Below, piece after piece: positions 1-10,520 of a DNA stretch of 64,000 nt. Under the pieces are notes generated by a model that saw only the letters and a list, made by a program, of their open reading frames with translations, did not search any database and had not been told where the DNA came from. The DNA is from an uncultured bacterium. Lineage in GTDB: Bacteria; Armatimonadota; UBA5829. Every line of letters starts with the position of its first letter. The stretch's first letter is position 1. The DNA is taken from contig CAZBSI010000003.1 in the NCBI GenBank assembly GCA_964494345.1, forward strand, positions 165,888 through 229,887, written 5' to 3'. The translations under genes were made by a program, and so were the position numbers.

Positions 1-744
1 TAATCGTAAAACTCGCTTTTGGGGAGGATTTCAATTACAGGCAGCGCGAATGGCTCGCCGTTACCCAGCACGCTTACTGTCAGTTCAGGCCCCGATATAA
101 ACTGCTCGACGAGGATTTGATTATCGTATTCTGAGGCCAGTTCGATGGCGGCATCGAGGTCGGCGGCTGTGTTGATTTTGCTCATTCCTAGAGTAGAACC
201 CTGGCGACTGGGCTTTACCATTACGGGATAGCCAATTTGTGCGACCTCGGATGTGACTTTTGGACGATCCCAATCCCCTTTTATGACTGTGAAATCAACT
301 GATTTCGGCACCGGGATGTCATCGGCTGCGAGGACTTTTTTGGCCATTGATTTATCCATAGCCAAAGCGCTTGCCAGCACTCCGGAACCTGTGTATGGGA
401 TGCCAAGCAGTTCCAAAGCGCCTTGAATTGTGCCGTCCTCGCCGTATTTGCCGTGCAGCGCGATAAAGACCACGTCGGAGCGTGGGTGTGATTTCGAGCC
501 TATTATGCTGCGCACCGATGCTAAAGTTCGGGCGCCGAAAACGCTGCGCACCTCAGTTATGCTGGAAATCTCGACGTCGGCGCCTTTGAGAACGCCACGG
601 CTGCTGCCGGTGAGCAACGCCGCATCGACACCGTAGGCATCGTATTTGTCCGAATCCAGAGCTTCCAATATCTGTTTGCCCGTGGATAGTGAGATGTCCC
701 TTTCAGATGATATGCCGCCCATAAGGACCGCGACTCGCTTTTTC
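1..744 (-). CDS. ddl: D-alanine--D-alanine ligase (N-terminal portion; the gene continues past the window start)
   Basis: Minus-strand translation reads VKKRVAVLMGGISSERDISLSTG..., a typical ATP-grasp Ddl N-terminus. An in-frame GTG at 744-742 overlaps the stop of the upstream murC-murB gene. It is the last gene of the dcw cluster. Confidence 0.75.
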
Positions 745-3004
745 ACCACTCGCCTACCAATCTGACTTCGTATTCTAATTCGATGCCGTGTTTTTGGATC
801 ACCATTTCTCGAACCCGCTCCGCCAGAGCATACAGGTCTGATGCGGATGCGCTTCGGGCGTTAAGAATAAAGTTTGCGTGTATGCCTGAGACCTCTGCGC
901 CACCTTCGCGTAGCCCCTTGCCGCCAGCGGCTTCGATGAGCTTACCGGCGCTCATATTCGGCGGATTTTTGAAGAAACAGCCGGCGCTTTTGCCTTTGGG
1001 CTGGGTTTCAGCTCTGTGCTGCCGGACCGTTGCCAGGTGGCTGCGAATGGCCTCGCTGTCTCCTGGCGCGAGGGCAAATGTAGCCGAGGTGATAATAATG
1101 GAATGATCTGTCTGGAAACGGCTGTTTCTGTAGCTGAACCCGCATTCCTCTTTGGATAGAGTGCGAATGTCCCCTGTCTCGGTGACGACTCGGACGCTGG
1201 TCGTGACGGCGTCGATGTAGCCGCGATGGGTGCCTGCGTTCATTACTATGGCCCCGCCAACGCTGCCCGGCACCGTGCCGACCCCTTCGAGGCCGGTAAG
1301 GGAATGCTCTGCCGCGACATCCGCTACTTTGGATATCGCGGCTGCGGAACCGGCTGTGATGGTGTTTCCTTTCACCTCAATGGCCTCAAGCTGATCGCCC
1401 AGCCGAATAACAACACCCCGAATGCCTTTGTCTGAGACCAGAAGATTGGCTCCGTCGCCGAGGATCATCCACGGGAGATTGTTTGCGTATATGTGCTTCA
1501 TCAGGTCGGCGAGTTCGTTCTCGTCGTTGACCAGCACGAAATAATCAGCCGGGCCGCCGACACCGAGCGTGGTATGTTTAGACATTGGCTCGTTTTCGAT
1601 TATCCTGCCCTTAAACGGCAACGGGCGTTTGGATATTAACAATTCCGCAAGCCGTTCACTGACTTGTCGAATGTCCCCTGCTCCGAGGACGATTACCATA
1701 TCATTTTGATCAATCGAGGCGGCGAGTTGGTCGACAATGGCGTCCTTATCTGCCACATGGCGAACGTCTGCGAAACCGCTTTGTTTCATAAGAGCGACGA
1801 TAATTTCCGAGTTGACACCTTCGAGCGGCTCCTCTCGCGCACCATAAATCGGGGCCACGACGACTTCATCCGCCATAGAAAGCGCGTCTGCGATCTCATT
1901 TTGGAAAGCCTGGGTGCGGGAGTAGAGATGCGGCTGGTAGACGGCAATTATTCGCCGGTCGTATGCTGCTTTGGCGGCGGTAAGGGTGGCTTTGATCTCG
2001 GATGGATGATGCGCATAGTCGTCGACTACCATAGCGTCGCCGTAGTATAGCACCTCGAAACGTCGTCCGGTGCCTCGGAAACTCCTAAGCCCCTCGGCGA
2101 TGGCGTCGAAGCTGGCTCCCATCTCGTGGGCGACCGCGGCGGCGGCAAGGGAGTTTGCGATGTTGTGCATCCCCGGCACTCGTATTTGAACCCTGCCGAG
2201 CGGATTGCCTTGATGAATTAGAGTAAAGGACGGCTCCGGGGTGGAGATATCGATATCAATTGCCTGCCAATCGACTTGATCTTGAAAGCCGAAACGGACT
2301 ATCCTGCGATCATGACCCTCGCAGACCCTGCGTACCGTCGGGTCGTCCCAGTTGGCGATCACGCACCCGTCCGCGTCTACCTGTTCGATAAATTGCCTGA
2401 ACGCCTTCTCGACATTTTCGGCTGTGGCGTAGTAGTCGAGATGTTCGGGTTCTATGTTGGTTACGACTGCAATCGAAGAGTAAAGCTGAAGAAAAGAGGC
2501 GAAGGCCTCGCAGGCTTCAGTTAGGATAACTGAATTGCCTCCGAGCCGGGCATTGCCGCCCAGACTCGCGAGATTGCCGCCGATCAACGTGGTCGCATCC
2601 AACCCGCTTGACTCAAATATCGAGTCAATCATAGAGGTGGTCGTAGTCTTGCCGTGGGTGCCTGATACTGAGATGCGATGCCTGTAAGGCTCCATCAGGC
2701 GGCCGAGCATAATCGAACGCTCTATGGTTGGTATTTCCAATCGGCGGGCTTCGACGATCTCCGGGTTGTCCTGGGATATGGCGGCTGAGTAGACTACCAC
2801 ATCCGCACCGTGGACGCTGGCGGCTTCGTGGCCGACGGTTACTTTTATCCCTTCGGCTCGCAGCTTGTCGAGGGCGGCGCTGTCCTGCCTGTCGGAGCCG
2901 GTTACGACATCACCACGGCCGTGTAGTATGTGTGCGATGCCGCTCATACCGATGCCGCCGATGCCTATTAGATGATATTTAAGTCTTTGATTATTGCTCA
3001 TCAA
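743..3004 (-). CDS. murC-murB: Fused UDP-N-acetylmuramate--L-alanine ligase (MurC, N-terminal ~460 aa) and UDP-N-acetylenolpyruvoylglucosamine reductase (MurB, C-terminal ~290 aa)
   Basis: A single 753-aa ORF. The N-terminus has the MurC motifs HLIGIGGIGMSGIA and GTHGKTTTTSMI. The C-terminal half (EPMSKHTTLGVGGPADYFV ... AGCFFKNP ... GGAEVSGIHANFI) is MurB-like. Confidence 0.85.
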   Translation of the reverse strand: MMSNNQRLKYHLIGIGGIGMSGIAHILHGRGDVVTGSDRQDSAALDKLRAEGIKVTVGHEAASVHGADVVVYSAAISQDNPEIVEARRLEIPTIERSIMLGRLMEPYRHRISVSGTHGKTTTTSMIDSIFESSGLDATTLIGGNLASLGGNARLGGNSVILTEACEAFASFLQLYSSIAVVTNIEPEHLDYYATAENVEKAFRQFIEQVDADGCVIANWDDPTVRRVCEGHDRRIVRFGFQDQVDWQAIDIDISTPEPSFTLIHQGNPLGRVQIRVPGMHNIANSLAAAAVAHEMGASFDAIAEGLRSFRGTGRRFEVLYYGDAMVVDDYAHHPSEIKATLTAAKAAYDRRIIAVYQPHLYSRTQAFQNEIADALSMADEVVVAPIYGAREEPLEGVNSEIIVALMKQSGFADVRHVADKDAIVDQLAASIDQNDMVIVLGAGDIRQVSERLAELLISKRPLPFKGRIIENEPMSKHTTLGVGGPADYFVLVNDENELADLMKHIYANNLPWMILGDGANLLVSDKGIRGVVIRLGDQLEAIEVKGNTITAGSAAAISKVADVAAEHSLTGLEGVGTVPGSVGGAIVMNAGTHRGYIDAVTTSVRVVTETGDIRTLSKEECGFSYRNSRFQTDHSIIITSATFALAPGDSEAIRSHLATVRQHRAETQPKGKSAGCFFKNPPNMSAGKLIEAAGGKGLREGGAEVSGIHANFILNARSASASDLYALAERVREMVIQKHGIELEYEVRLVGEW

Positions 3005-4138
3005 TCAGTTGTCCAAACCTGTTTTTGCAACTTGCAGAACTATACGGGCGACCCTATCTGCTGCGTCGGGTTTTCCGAGCGATTTGCTCGCCTCAGCCAT
3101 CTTTGAAAGCTCATTAGGCGATTTTCGCAGGCGGGCGATGATTTCGGCAAGCTGCTCGGAAGTTGTCGATAGATCCTCGCACATTATAGCAGCGCCGTGC
3201 TCGACAAGATGCTCGGCGTTGCGTTTCTGGTGTTGATCTTTATGATATGGATACGGAAATAGAATGCTCGGCTTGCCTGCGGCGGTGATTTCGGCTACTG
3301 TTCCGCCGCTGCGGCTTATTATTAAGTCCGCGCTAGCCAGGGCCAAAGGCATATCTATATATGCTTCAACGTGATAGTGCGGGTGTTCCTCCGGCTTGCC
3401 GAGATACGCGCGCATATTATCTATATTGCGCTGGCCGACCTGGTGAAGGAGTTGGGTGGAGCCGTCATCTATCAGAGGCCACGCACCCGCGATGATCTCG
3501 TTTGGTTTCTGTGCGCCCTGGCTTCCTCCGACTGCCGCGATAGTGAATAAATCCTCATCAAGGCCCAACTGTCGCCGCGCATCTGTTTTATCGGGCAATT
3601 GGCGAAGCTGGGAGCGAATCGGAAGGCCGGTGACCTCGGTTTTCGACTTGGGCAGATATGCGGTCGATGAGTCGAATGTGACACAGACTTTGTCGGCAAT
3701 TTTGCTTAGCAAAGTGTTAGTGCGGCCTGGTTTGGCGTTTTGTTCGTGTATGACGATTTTGCCGCCGAGGGTTCGCTGTGCGAGTAGAATCGCTGCAGTC
3801 ACATATCCGCCGGTTCCGACCACGACATCTGGTTTGAACTGCTTTAGCACTCTGCGTGCCCTGAAAACACCTGTCATCAGTTTAGCCAGAGATCGCATAT
3901 TGCGAAGAGATAAAGATTTTGAGATCGGGCCGCTGGGGATTGGTATGAACTCAAGCCCCGCGTCTCGTGCGATATCTCCCTCCGGGCCGTGTGAGCTGCC
4001 GATGTAGAGAATCTCGACATTCGGATGCAACTGCGCAAGCGCCTGGGCTATGCTTATAGCCGGGTATACGTGTCCGCCCGTGCCCCCGCCTGTAAGCGCG
4101 ACTTTAATGGCGTTATTATGTGATTTTTGAGAGTTCAT
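3005..4138 (-). CDS. murG: UDP-N-acetylglucosamine--N-acetylmuramyl-(pentapeptide) pyrophosphoryl-undecaprenol N-acetylglucosamine transferase
   Basis: Contains the GT28 motif ALTGGGTGGHVYPAISIA and has a MurG-like length. It sits at the expected dcw position. Confidence 0.9.
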   Translation of the reverse strand: MNSQKSHNNAIKVALTGGGTGGHVYPAISIAQALAQLHPNVEILYIGSSHGPEGDIARDAGLEFIPIPSGPISKSLSLRNMRSLAKLMTGVFRARRVLKQFKPDVVVGTGGYVTAAILLAQRTLGGKIVIHEQNAKPGRTNTLLSKIADKVCVTFDSSTAYLPKSKTEVTGLPIRSQLRQLPDKTDARRQLGLDEDLFTIAAVGGSQGAQKPNEIIAGAWPLIDDGSTQLLHQVGQRNIDNMRAYLGKPEEHPHYHVEAYIDMPLALASADLIISRSGGTVAEITAAGKPSILFPYPYHKDQHQKRNAEHLVEHGAAIMCEDLSTTSEQLAEIIARLRKSPNELSKMAEASKSLGKPDAADRVARIVLQVAKTGLDN

Positions 4139-5259
4139 TTACGCGATTCCGATGCGGTTCTGGAAACAGACAGGAGCACCCCTACCCCTGCCAGAGTGAT
4201 AATTAACGACGATCCTCCGTAGCTGACGAATGGCAAAGTGACACCTGTGGCGGGGATTAGCGCGCTTACAACCGCGACATTTATACACGCCTGTATGCCG
4301 ATCATCGACGTAATTCCGACCGCAAGCAGGCTGGAGTAGGTGTTTTTTGCTCTCTTTGCGACCCGAAGCCCGGCATACATAAAAAATATAAATAGCGCCA
4401 ACACGATCAGACTTCCGATCAGTCCGGTTTCCTCGCCGACTGTCGAGAAAATAAAGTCGGTGGAGGTGGCGGGGAGATAGAGTTTTTCAAGGCCCTCGCA
4501 AAGCCCGCTGCCGACCACCCCACCCCTGCCTAATGCTATGAGAGAATGGACGACCTGATATCCGTCGTCGTAACGATATTGCCACGGATCAAGCCAGACC
4601 TGCACTCGATCGAAGCGGTACGGAGCCGCCTTTATGCCGACTACAACTATCATAATCAGCATCAGGCTCACAAATATGATATGACGCTTTCGGCCACCTG
4701 CAGCGATCCACATAGCCATACAGGTTGCAATCATAGCCAACGCGGTGCCCATATCCGGCTGTTTGAAGACCAATCCGATAATGAGCAACACCGCAATAAC
4801 GGGCCACATCCACTGAGAGTCGATCTTTTTGAGTATTTTTTTGCCTTGCGAGAAGAACCCGGCGAGGTATATCACAATCGCCAGTTTGGCGATTTCGCTT
4901 GGCTGTAAGGTAATAGGGCCGAATTTATACCACCGCAAAGCGCCGTTCACTTTAGTGCCGAAAGCGTATAACAGAATAAGTGACGCTATGGATAGCAGGA
5001 GAAGCGGAGTCGATATCTTTTGCAGAGCGCTGACAGGTATCCTTGACGCGATAAGCATAGCCAAAATCCCGATTACCGCGAAGACGATCTGCTTTTTGGC
5101 GTAGAACCAGGAGTCGTTGTTGGTCCATTCGGCCTCGACTGTTTTGGCAAAGCTCGAATCGTAAACCAGCCATACCCCCATCAATACGAGCAGTATCACC
5201 GGTATAAAAACGTTAATATCCATAAGCCCCGGATGGGTTCGTGTCGCTGACTTTTTCAT
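4135..5259 (-). CDS. ftsW: Cell division / peptidoglycan glycosyltransferase of the FtsW/RodA (SEDS) family
   Basis: A polytopic 374-aa membrane protein with SEDS-like sequence, located between murD and murG. Confidence 0.85.
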   Translation of the reverse strand: MKKSATRTHPGLMDINVFIPVILLVLMGVWLVYDSSFAKTVEAEWTNNDSWFYAKKQIVFAVIGILAMLIASRIPVSALQKISTPLLLLSIASLILLYAFGTKVNGALRWYKFGPITLQPSEIAKLAIVIYLAGFFSQGKKILKKIDSQWMWPVIAVLLIIGLVFKQPDMGTALAMIATCMAMWIAAGGRKRHIIFVSLMLIMIVVVGIKAAPYRFDRVQVWLDPWQYRYDDGYQVVHSLIALGRGGVVGSGLCEGLEKLYLPATSTDFIFSTVGEETGLIGSLIVLALFIFFMYAGLRVAKRAKNTYSSLLAVGITSMIGIQACINVAVVSALIPATGVTLPFVSYGGSSLIITLAGVGVLLSVSRTASESRK

Positions 5260-6644
5260 GTCTGCTCACGCTCCAATTCTCGCACGGCCTGCTCGAACTC
5301 TTTTCCTCTGTGCTGAAAGTCCCTGAACATATCGAAACTCGCCATACCCGGGCTGAGCACCACCGCATCGCCTGGCTCCGCCATTCGACTTGCGACCCTC
5401 ACCGCGTCGGACATAGACGCCGCCATTGTAATCGCATCGAAACCGGCGTTATGAGCGGCTTGTCGCAGGGCTTCGGCGTCCGCACCTATCAATATGACGT
5501 GTTTGGCCTTGCGCTTGTAGGCGTCGCCTATCGGGGAGAAATCGTCTGCTTTGCCCTTGAGTTTACCGCCGGATATGATGATCTGAGGCCGCTGGGTCGC
5601 CTCAATTGAGCGCACTACCGCCACGACGTTGGTACACATAGAATTGTTGATGTAGAGAACATCGTTAATAGTGGCAACCGGCTCCATTCGATGCGGGATC
5701 GGCTCGAATGCGCGTATGGCGTCTCGCATTTTATCGAAATCTGAATCTAAAAATACGGCTGCTGCACACACGGCGGCGAGGGTGTTTTCTATGTTGTGAG
5801 CGCCGGGCAAGGGAATATCCGACGCCTGACAAATCGTGGTCTGATTGCCCTGAAATCTGAGAACCAACTTATCGTCCTGCAGAAACGCACCCTCTTCTAC
5901 CTCGGATTTGATAGAAAATTGCAGCACATGGGCTTTTAATGAGGGGGCGAAAGCTGCGGTAATTGGATTGTCTGCGTTTATTACTGCGAAGTCGTCGATT
6001 GTCTGATTTTCGAACATTCGAACTTTTGCCGCGATGTAGTTATCCATAGTCACGTGGCGATCCATATGATCTTTGGATACATTCAACAGCATCGCCACTT
6101 TAGGTCGGAAATCTTTGATTAACTCGAGCTGGAAGCTGCTTAACTCGGCGACGATTACGCTTTTGGCGGCCGCCTGGTGAGCGGCGCGCACCAGTGGCAT
6201 TTCGATATCATTGGCTGCGATGTTGCCTGCGATGTATGTATCGTAGCCGGTCGCGTTAAGTATTCGCTCGGTCATTACTGTTGTGGTGGTCTTGCCGTTG
6301 GTGCCGGTTATGGCGACTATGGGCGCTTTTGATATGCGGTAGGCAAGCTCAATTTCACTGATTATCTCGATGCCGCGCCTGTTGGCTTCCTGTAATGCGG
6401 GTAGGTCTGCAGGCACACCGGGGCTTGGGACGAGCAGATGGACTCCGTTTAGGTCGATTTTGTCGGCTGAAGCAGTTACGCGGACTCCCAGCGAATCAGC
6501 GGTTGCGATGGCCTCGGTCAACTCTTCGGCTGGTTTATTGTCGAAGATGTGGACATTAGCGCCGAGATTAGTCATAACCTCGGCCACTGCCAGGCCCGTG
6601 CGCGCCGCTCCTATTACTGTGATATTCTTTCCCGCGTAGTCCAT
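5256..6644 (-). CDS. murD: UDP-N-acetylmuramoylalanine--D-glutamate ligase
   Basis: Contains the Mur ligase P-loop ITGTNGKTTTT. It is 462 aa and sits at the dcw position. Confidence 0.9.
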   Translation of the reverse strand: MDYAGKNITVIGAARTGLAVAEVMTNLGANVHIFDNKPAEELTEAIATADSLGVRVTASADKIDLNGVHLLVPSPGVPADLPALQEANRRGIEIISEIELAYRISKAPIVAITGTNGKTTTTVMTERILNATGYDTYIAGNIAANDIEMPLVRAAHQAAAKSVIVAELSSFQLELIKDFRPKVAMLLNVSKDHMDRHVTMDNYIAAKVRMFENQTIDDFAVINADNPITAAFAPSLKAHVLQFSIKSEVEEGAFLQDDKLVLRFQGNQTTICQASDIPLPGAHNIENTLAAVCAAAVFLDSDFDKMRDAIRAFEPIPHRMEPVATINDVLYINNSMCTNVVAVVRSIEATQRPQIIISGGKLKGKADDFSPIGDAYKRKAKHVILIGADAEALRQAAHNAGFDAITMAASMSDAVRVASRMAEPGDAVVLSPGMASFDMFRDFQHRGKEFEQAVRELEREQT

Positions 6645-6650
6645 TTCAGC

Positions 6651-7706
6651 CTACCACCAGTTGAATCCCGCGCCGATAAATGCGATCAGCACGGCTAATA
6701 CTGCGCATATCCAAAATCGGACGACCACGGTTTGTTCTGAGAATCCCGACAGCTCAAAGTGATGATGGATCGGGCTTTTTTTGAAGACCCTGCGCCCGGT
6801 GCCGGTGGTGATGCGGGTGAACTTGAATACCGCCCATTGAAGCGCGCTCGATAGCCCGTCGATAATAAACACCGACCCCAGGACCATCATTACTATCTCG
6901 GTGTGGGTGATAATCGCAACGGCCGGCAGCGCGACGCCGATGGCAAGCGCGCCGGTGTCGCCCATAAATATCCGGGCAGGGTTGGTGTTGTGCCACAAAA
7001 ACGCGAGACAAGCGCCGGCTATTGCGGGCATGATCAGAACCACTTCGCGAGATTCAGTGGCGTGGCGCAGGGGGACGAATATCAGCAGCAAAGTGAACGC
7101 CATTGTGGCTATCGCTGTGAGACCGGCCACTAATCCATCTAACCCGTCGGTGATGTTAACGAAATTCGCCATTCCCACCAAAAACACCAGCGCGAACGCC
7201 CAGTAGAGCCAGCCGCCGAGCACCTGGACTCCGCCTATAATTAACACCGGCGCGAAGGTGTTCTTATGTGCGATTGCCAGCCACGCTAGAAACCCCGCAG
7301 CGAGCAGGACTTGCAATATGAACTTAGGTTTAGAGGATATGCCGCGAACGGAGCCTATGGGGTTAATGGTGAGATAGTCGTCGATAAATCCCAGCAGGCA
7401 ATAGCCCAGTATCAGCATCAAAACAGCGGTCAGGGTGGGAATCCACGATGTTATACTGCCCTGCGGACTGGTCATCGGCCGGAAACACCACGTGCTGGCC
7501 AAAGCTCCGCCGAATATGCCAGCCACTATGATGAACCCGCCCATAGTAGGGGTTCCGGCCTTGGATTTGTGCGAATCAGGCCCGTCCTCGCTGATCCTCT
7601 GGCCCGCACCCCGCCTCTTGAGAGCAGCTATCACGCCAGGAGCAAATATCATAGATGTAATAAACGCAGCCGCAAACGGCAGCGCGATGAACATAACGTT
7701 AGGCAA
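6651..7706 (-). CDS. mraY: Phospho-N-acetylmuramoyl-pentapeptide transferase
   Basis: A 351-aa polytopic membrane protein with MraY-like sequence, located between murF and murD. Confidence 0.9.
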   Translation of the reverse strand: MPNVMFIALPFAAAFITSMIFAPGVIAALKRRGAGQRISEDGPDSHKSKAGTPTMGGFIIVAGIFGGALASTWCFRPMTSPQGSITSWIPTLTAVLMLILGYCLLGFIDDYLTINPIGSVRGISSKPKFILQVLLAAGFLAWLAIAHKNTFAPVLIIGGVQVLGGWLYWAFALVFLVGMANFVNITDGLDGLVAGLTAIATMAFTLLLIFVPLRHATESREVVLIMPAIAGACLAFLWHNTNPARIFMGDTGALAIGVALPAVAIITHTEIVMMVLGSVFIIDGLSSALQWAVFKFTRITTGTGRRVFKKSPIHHHFELSGFSEQTVVVRFWICAVLAVLIAFIGAGFNWW

Positions 7707-9066
7707 TCAAATCCTCCACAATTCGCTCCATTTTTAGGGCACGCGACCCCTTCACGAGCACGACATCTCCCTCGCGAACCATCCCGGCGACCTCTGCGGC
7801 AGCTTCTGCACTGTCGTTAAATTCGATTATCGCGTCTACGGACATTCCCTCGTCGATGGCTCCGCGGGCGATGAGTTTGGCGTATTCTCCGACCACAACG
7901 AGCAAATCGACGCCGCATCTTTGGGCCGTTCTGCCGATTTCCAAGTGGGCCTCGGAGGCATAGCCCCCAAGCTCCAGCATATCTCCGAGAGTAGCGATTC
8001 TGCGGCCGCCCTCCATCATAGACAGGGTTTTCAGCGCGCTCTTGACCGATGCGGGACTGGCGTTATAAGTGTCGTCTATGACCACGCAGCCTTTTCGGCT
8101 CGGCACAATTTTGGACCGTTTCTCCGGCGCCTTGAAGTTGGTGAGAGCGGATTGTATAGACTTATGGTCGATGCCCAACACCTCGCCGACAGCGACAGCG
8201 GCCAGAGCGTCTTTTATGTTGTGCTCTCCGGGGACCGGAATATATACATCGAAGTCGCCGTTTTCAGTCGTCACGTTGAAACTGCAACAGCCGTCGGAGT
8301 CTATCACCGAAGAGTGCGCCCGAACCTGAGCGTTTGCTCCTTCTCCGAATGTGATAATTCGACAATTCGCCCGCCTGCGAAGATATTCGAAGTAGCGGTC
8401 GTCGGCGTTGAGAATCGCCGTGCCATCTGAAGGTAGATGGTCGAGTAGCTCGCCTTTAGCGTCGGCGATGGCGTCTAGTGAGCCGAGCAGTTCGATATGG
8501 GACATATGGATATTTGTTATCACGCCGATAGACGGCCTGGCTATTTTCGCGAGATAGTCAATTTGACCCGCCCCGCGCATCGCCAGTTCGACTACCGCGG
8601 TTTTATGACGCCCAGAAAGATTGAAAAGAGTCAGTGGCAGGCCGATCTCGTTGTTGAAATTGCCCTCGTTTTTGAGCACAGGTCCACGCGCCGCAGCGAC
8701 CGCCGCTATCATCTCCTTCGTGGTGGTCTTTCCTACACTGCCGGTTACGCCGATCATAACAGGAGAAAATTTAGAGCGATAGTGCGCGGCGAGGTCTCCA
8801 AGGGCCAGTAACGTATCCGGCACACGAACAGTAAGACACTGCGCCTCGACCTTGCGGGAGACCATCACCCCAACTGCGCCCCTGGCAAGCGCATCTGCCA
8901 GAAACTTATGGCCATCGGAGTTCTCACCCGTAAGGGCTACGAACATGTCCCCACGGGTAATCGTGCGTGTATCCGTGCTGATTCCAGTGATCGGCGTATT
9001 GGAGTCGCCGACCATCAGCGTGCCGTTGGTCGCCTCGACTATTTCTCCGGCCGTGATTTGCTGCAT
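7699..9066 (-). CDS. murF: UDP-N-acetylmuramoyl-tripeptide--D-alanyl-D-alanine ligase
   Basis: Contains the Mur ligase motif GVTGSVGKTTTKEM. It is 455 aa and overlaps mraY by 8 nt. Confidence 0.85.
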   Translation of the reverse strand: MQQITAGEIVEATNGTLMVGDSNTPITGISTDTRTITRGDMFVALTGENSDGHKFLADALARGAVGVMVSRKVEAQCLTVRVPDTLLALGDLAAHYRSKFSPVMIGVTGSVGKTTTKEMIAAVAAARGPVLKNEGNFNNEIGLPLTLFNLSGRHKTAVVELAMRGAGQIDYLAKIARPSIGVITNIHMSHIELLGSLDAIADAKGELLDHLPSDGTAILNADDRYFEYLRRRANCRIITFGEGANAQVRAHSSVIDSDGCCSFNVTTENGDFDVYIPVPGEHNIKDALAAVAVGEVLGIDHKSIQSALTNFKAPEKRSKIVPSRKGCVVIDDTYNASPASVKSALKTLSMMEGGRRIATLGDMLELGGYASEAHLEIGRTAQRCGVDLLVVVGEYAKLIARGAIDEGMSVDAIIEFNDSAEAAAEVAGMVREGDVVLVKGSRALKMERIVEDLIA

Positions 9067-10520
9067 TCCAGCACCTCCCGTGCCACCTGTCTATCATCGA
9101 AGTGAATGATGCGATCTGCGAAAATCTGGTAGTCCTCGTGCCCTTTGCCAGCGATTACAACCACATCACCAGAATTGGCCATTAAAATAGCCTCTTTAAT
9201 AGCCCCGCCGCGATCGGGCTGGATGGTGACCCGGCTTCGGTCGTTATCTGCTATGCCGGTCAATATTTCCGTGATAATCGACACCGGCTCTTCGGTGCGC
9301 GGATTATCTGAAGTGACCACAAGCAGATCGGCGAGTTCGGCGGCAATGGAGCCCATAATCGGACGCTTGCCCCTGTCGCGATCCCCGCCGCAGCCGAAAA
9401 CGACAATCAGATTATTTGAGGTTATGTTTCGCGCCGTGCGAAGAACGTTTTCAAGCTCGTCGGGTGTGTGAGCGTAGTCCACAATCACGCCGAAATCCTG
9501 GCCGCAGTCGACCGATTCAAACCGACCGGGCACCTGATGAGCCGATGCGAGACCTTTAGCAATAGAGTCCATATCCAGCCCCATCGCAAGAGCCGCAGTG
9601 GCCGATGCCAGGGCATTATATACATTAAAATATCCCCCTATTCCGAGCTTGATCGGGACACTTTCACCGGAATAGGTAAGATCAAATTTGACGGAGCGAT
9701 CAGTAACCTCGATGTTCGACGCTCTTACATCGGCAGAAGAATCAATGGCGAAGGTCATCGACTTCGGGCTGGCGTCGATTACCTGCCCCGCCGCGGGGTC
9801 GTCCGCATTGACTACTGCCACAAATGGCTTGTCCGACTTTGCGGGATAGTCCCGGAATAGAATTAGCTTGGCGTCGAGGTAGTTCTCTACGGTGCCGTGG
9901 AAGTCGAGGTGGTCGCGGGCTATGTTGGTGAATACGCCGCAGTCAAACTCGCAGCCCATAGTGCGACCTTGATATAACCCGTGCGAACTGGTCTCTATTG
10001 CGACCGTATCGACCCCATCTTCGACCATCTGCGCGAACAGCCTCTGCAAATCGACTGATTGCGGGGTGGTGTGGTGAGTCTCGATATAATGGTCGTCTAC
10101 TCGTGCGCCCATGGTGCCTATTAAGCCAGCAGTGTGACCTGCTGAGTTAAAAATTGCCTGAATAAGATGGGTGACAGTGGTTTTGCCGCTGGTGCCGGTG
10201 ACCCCGATCAGTTTAATTTTCCTGGTCGGGTTACCGAAAAATGGGGCAGATATCACACCCATCGCCAGCTTGCCGTCCGGGACTATCGCGCAAGGAACGT
10301 CGATACCTCCCGGGTCGCGTTCTGCAATGATGGCAGAGGCGCCGGATGATATGGCGGAGTCGATGAAATTATGCCCGTCGAATGAGCCGCCCTGTATGGC
10401 GATAAACAGCCAGCCGGGCTGCACATTGCGGCTGTCGTAGGTTATGCCTGTGATCTCAGCCTCACTAGGTCTAACCACGCGGACATCTGATAAATATTTG
10501 ACCAGGTCTGTAAACTGCAT
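9039..10520 (-). CDS. murE: UDP-N-acetylmuramoyl-L-alanyl-D-glutamate--2,6-diaminopimelate ligase
   Basis: Contains GVTGTSGKTTVTHLI and is 493 aa. It sits at the dcw position upstream of murF. Confidence 0.85.
   Translation of the reverse strand: MQFTDLVKYLSDVRVVRPSEAEITGITYDSRNVQPGWLFIAIQGGSFDGHNFIDSAISSGASAIIAERDPGGIDVPCAIVPDGKLAMGVISAPFFGNPTRKIKLIGVTGTSGKTTVTHLIQAIFNSAGHTAGLIGTMGARVDDHYIETHHTTPQSVDLQRLFAQMVEDGVDTVAIETSSHGLYQGRTMGCEFDCGVFTNIARDHLDFHGTVENYLDAKLILFRDYPAKSDKPFVAVVNADDPAAGQVIDASPKSMTFAIDSSADVRASNIEVTDRSVKFDLTYSGESVPIKLGIGGYFNVYNALASATAALAMGLDMDSIAKGLASAHQVPGRFESVDCGQDFGVIVDYAHTPDELENVLRTARNITSNNLIVVFGCGGDRDRGKRPIMGSIAAELADLLVVTSDNPRTEEPVSIITEILTGIADNDRSRVTIQPDRGGAIKEAILMANSGDVVVIAGKGHEDYQIFADRIIHFDDRQVAREVLECSKSRPEK

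Noticed and set aside
430-636. 68-aa plus-strand ORF at the window start
   Set aside because: It is antisense within the well-supported ddl coding region.
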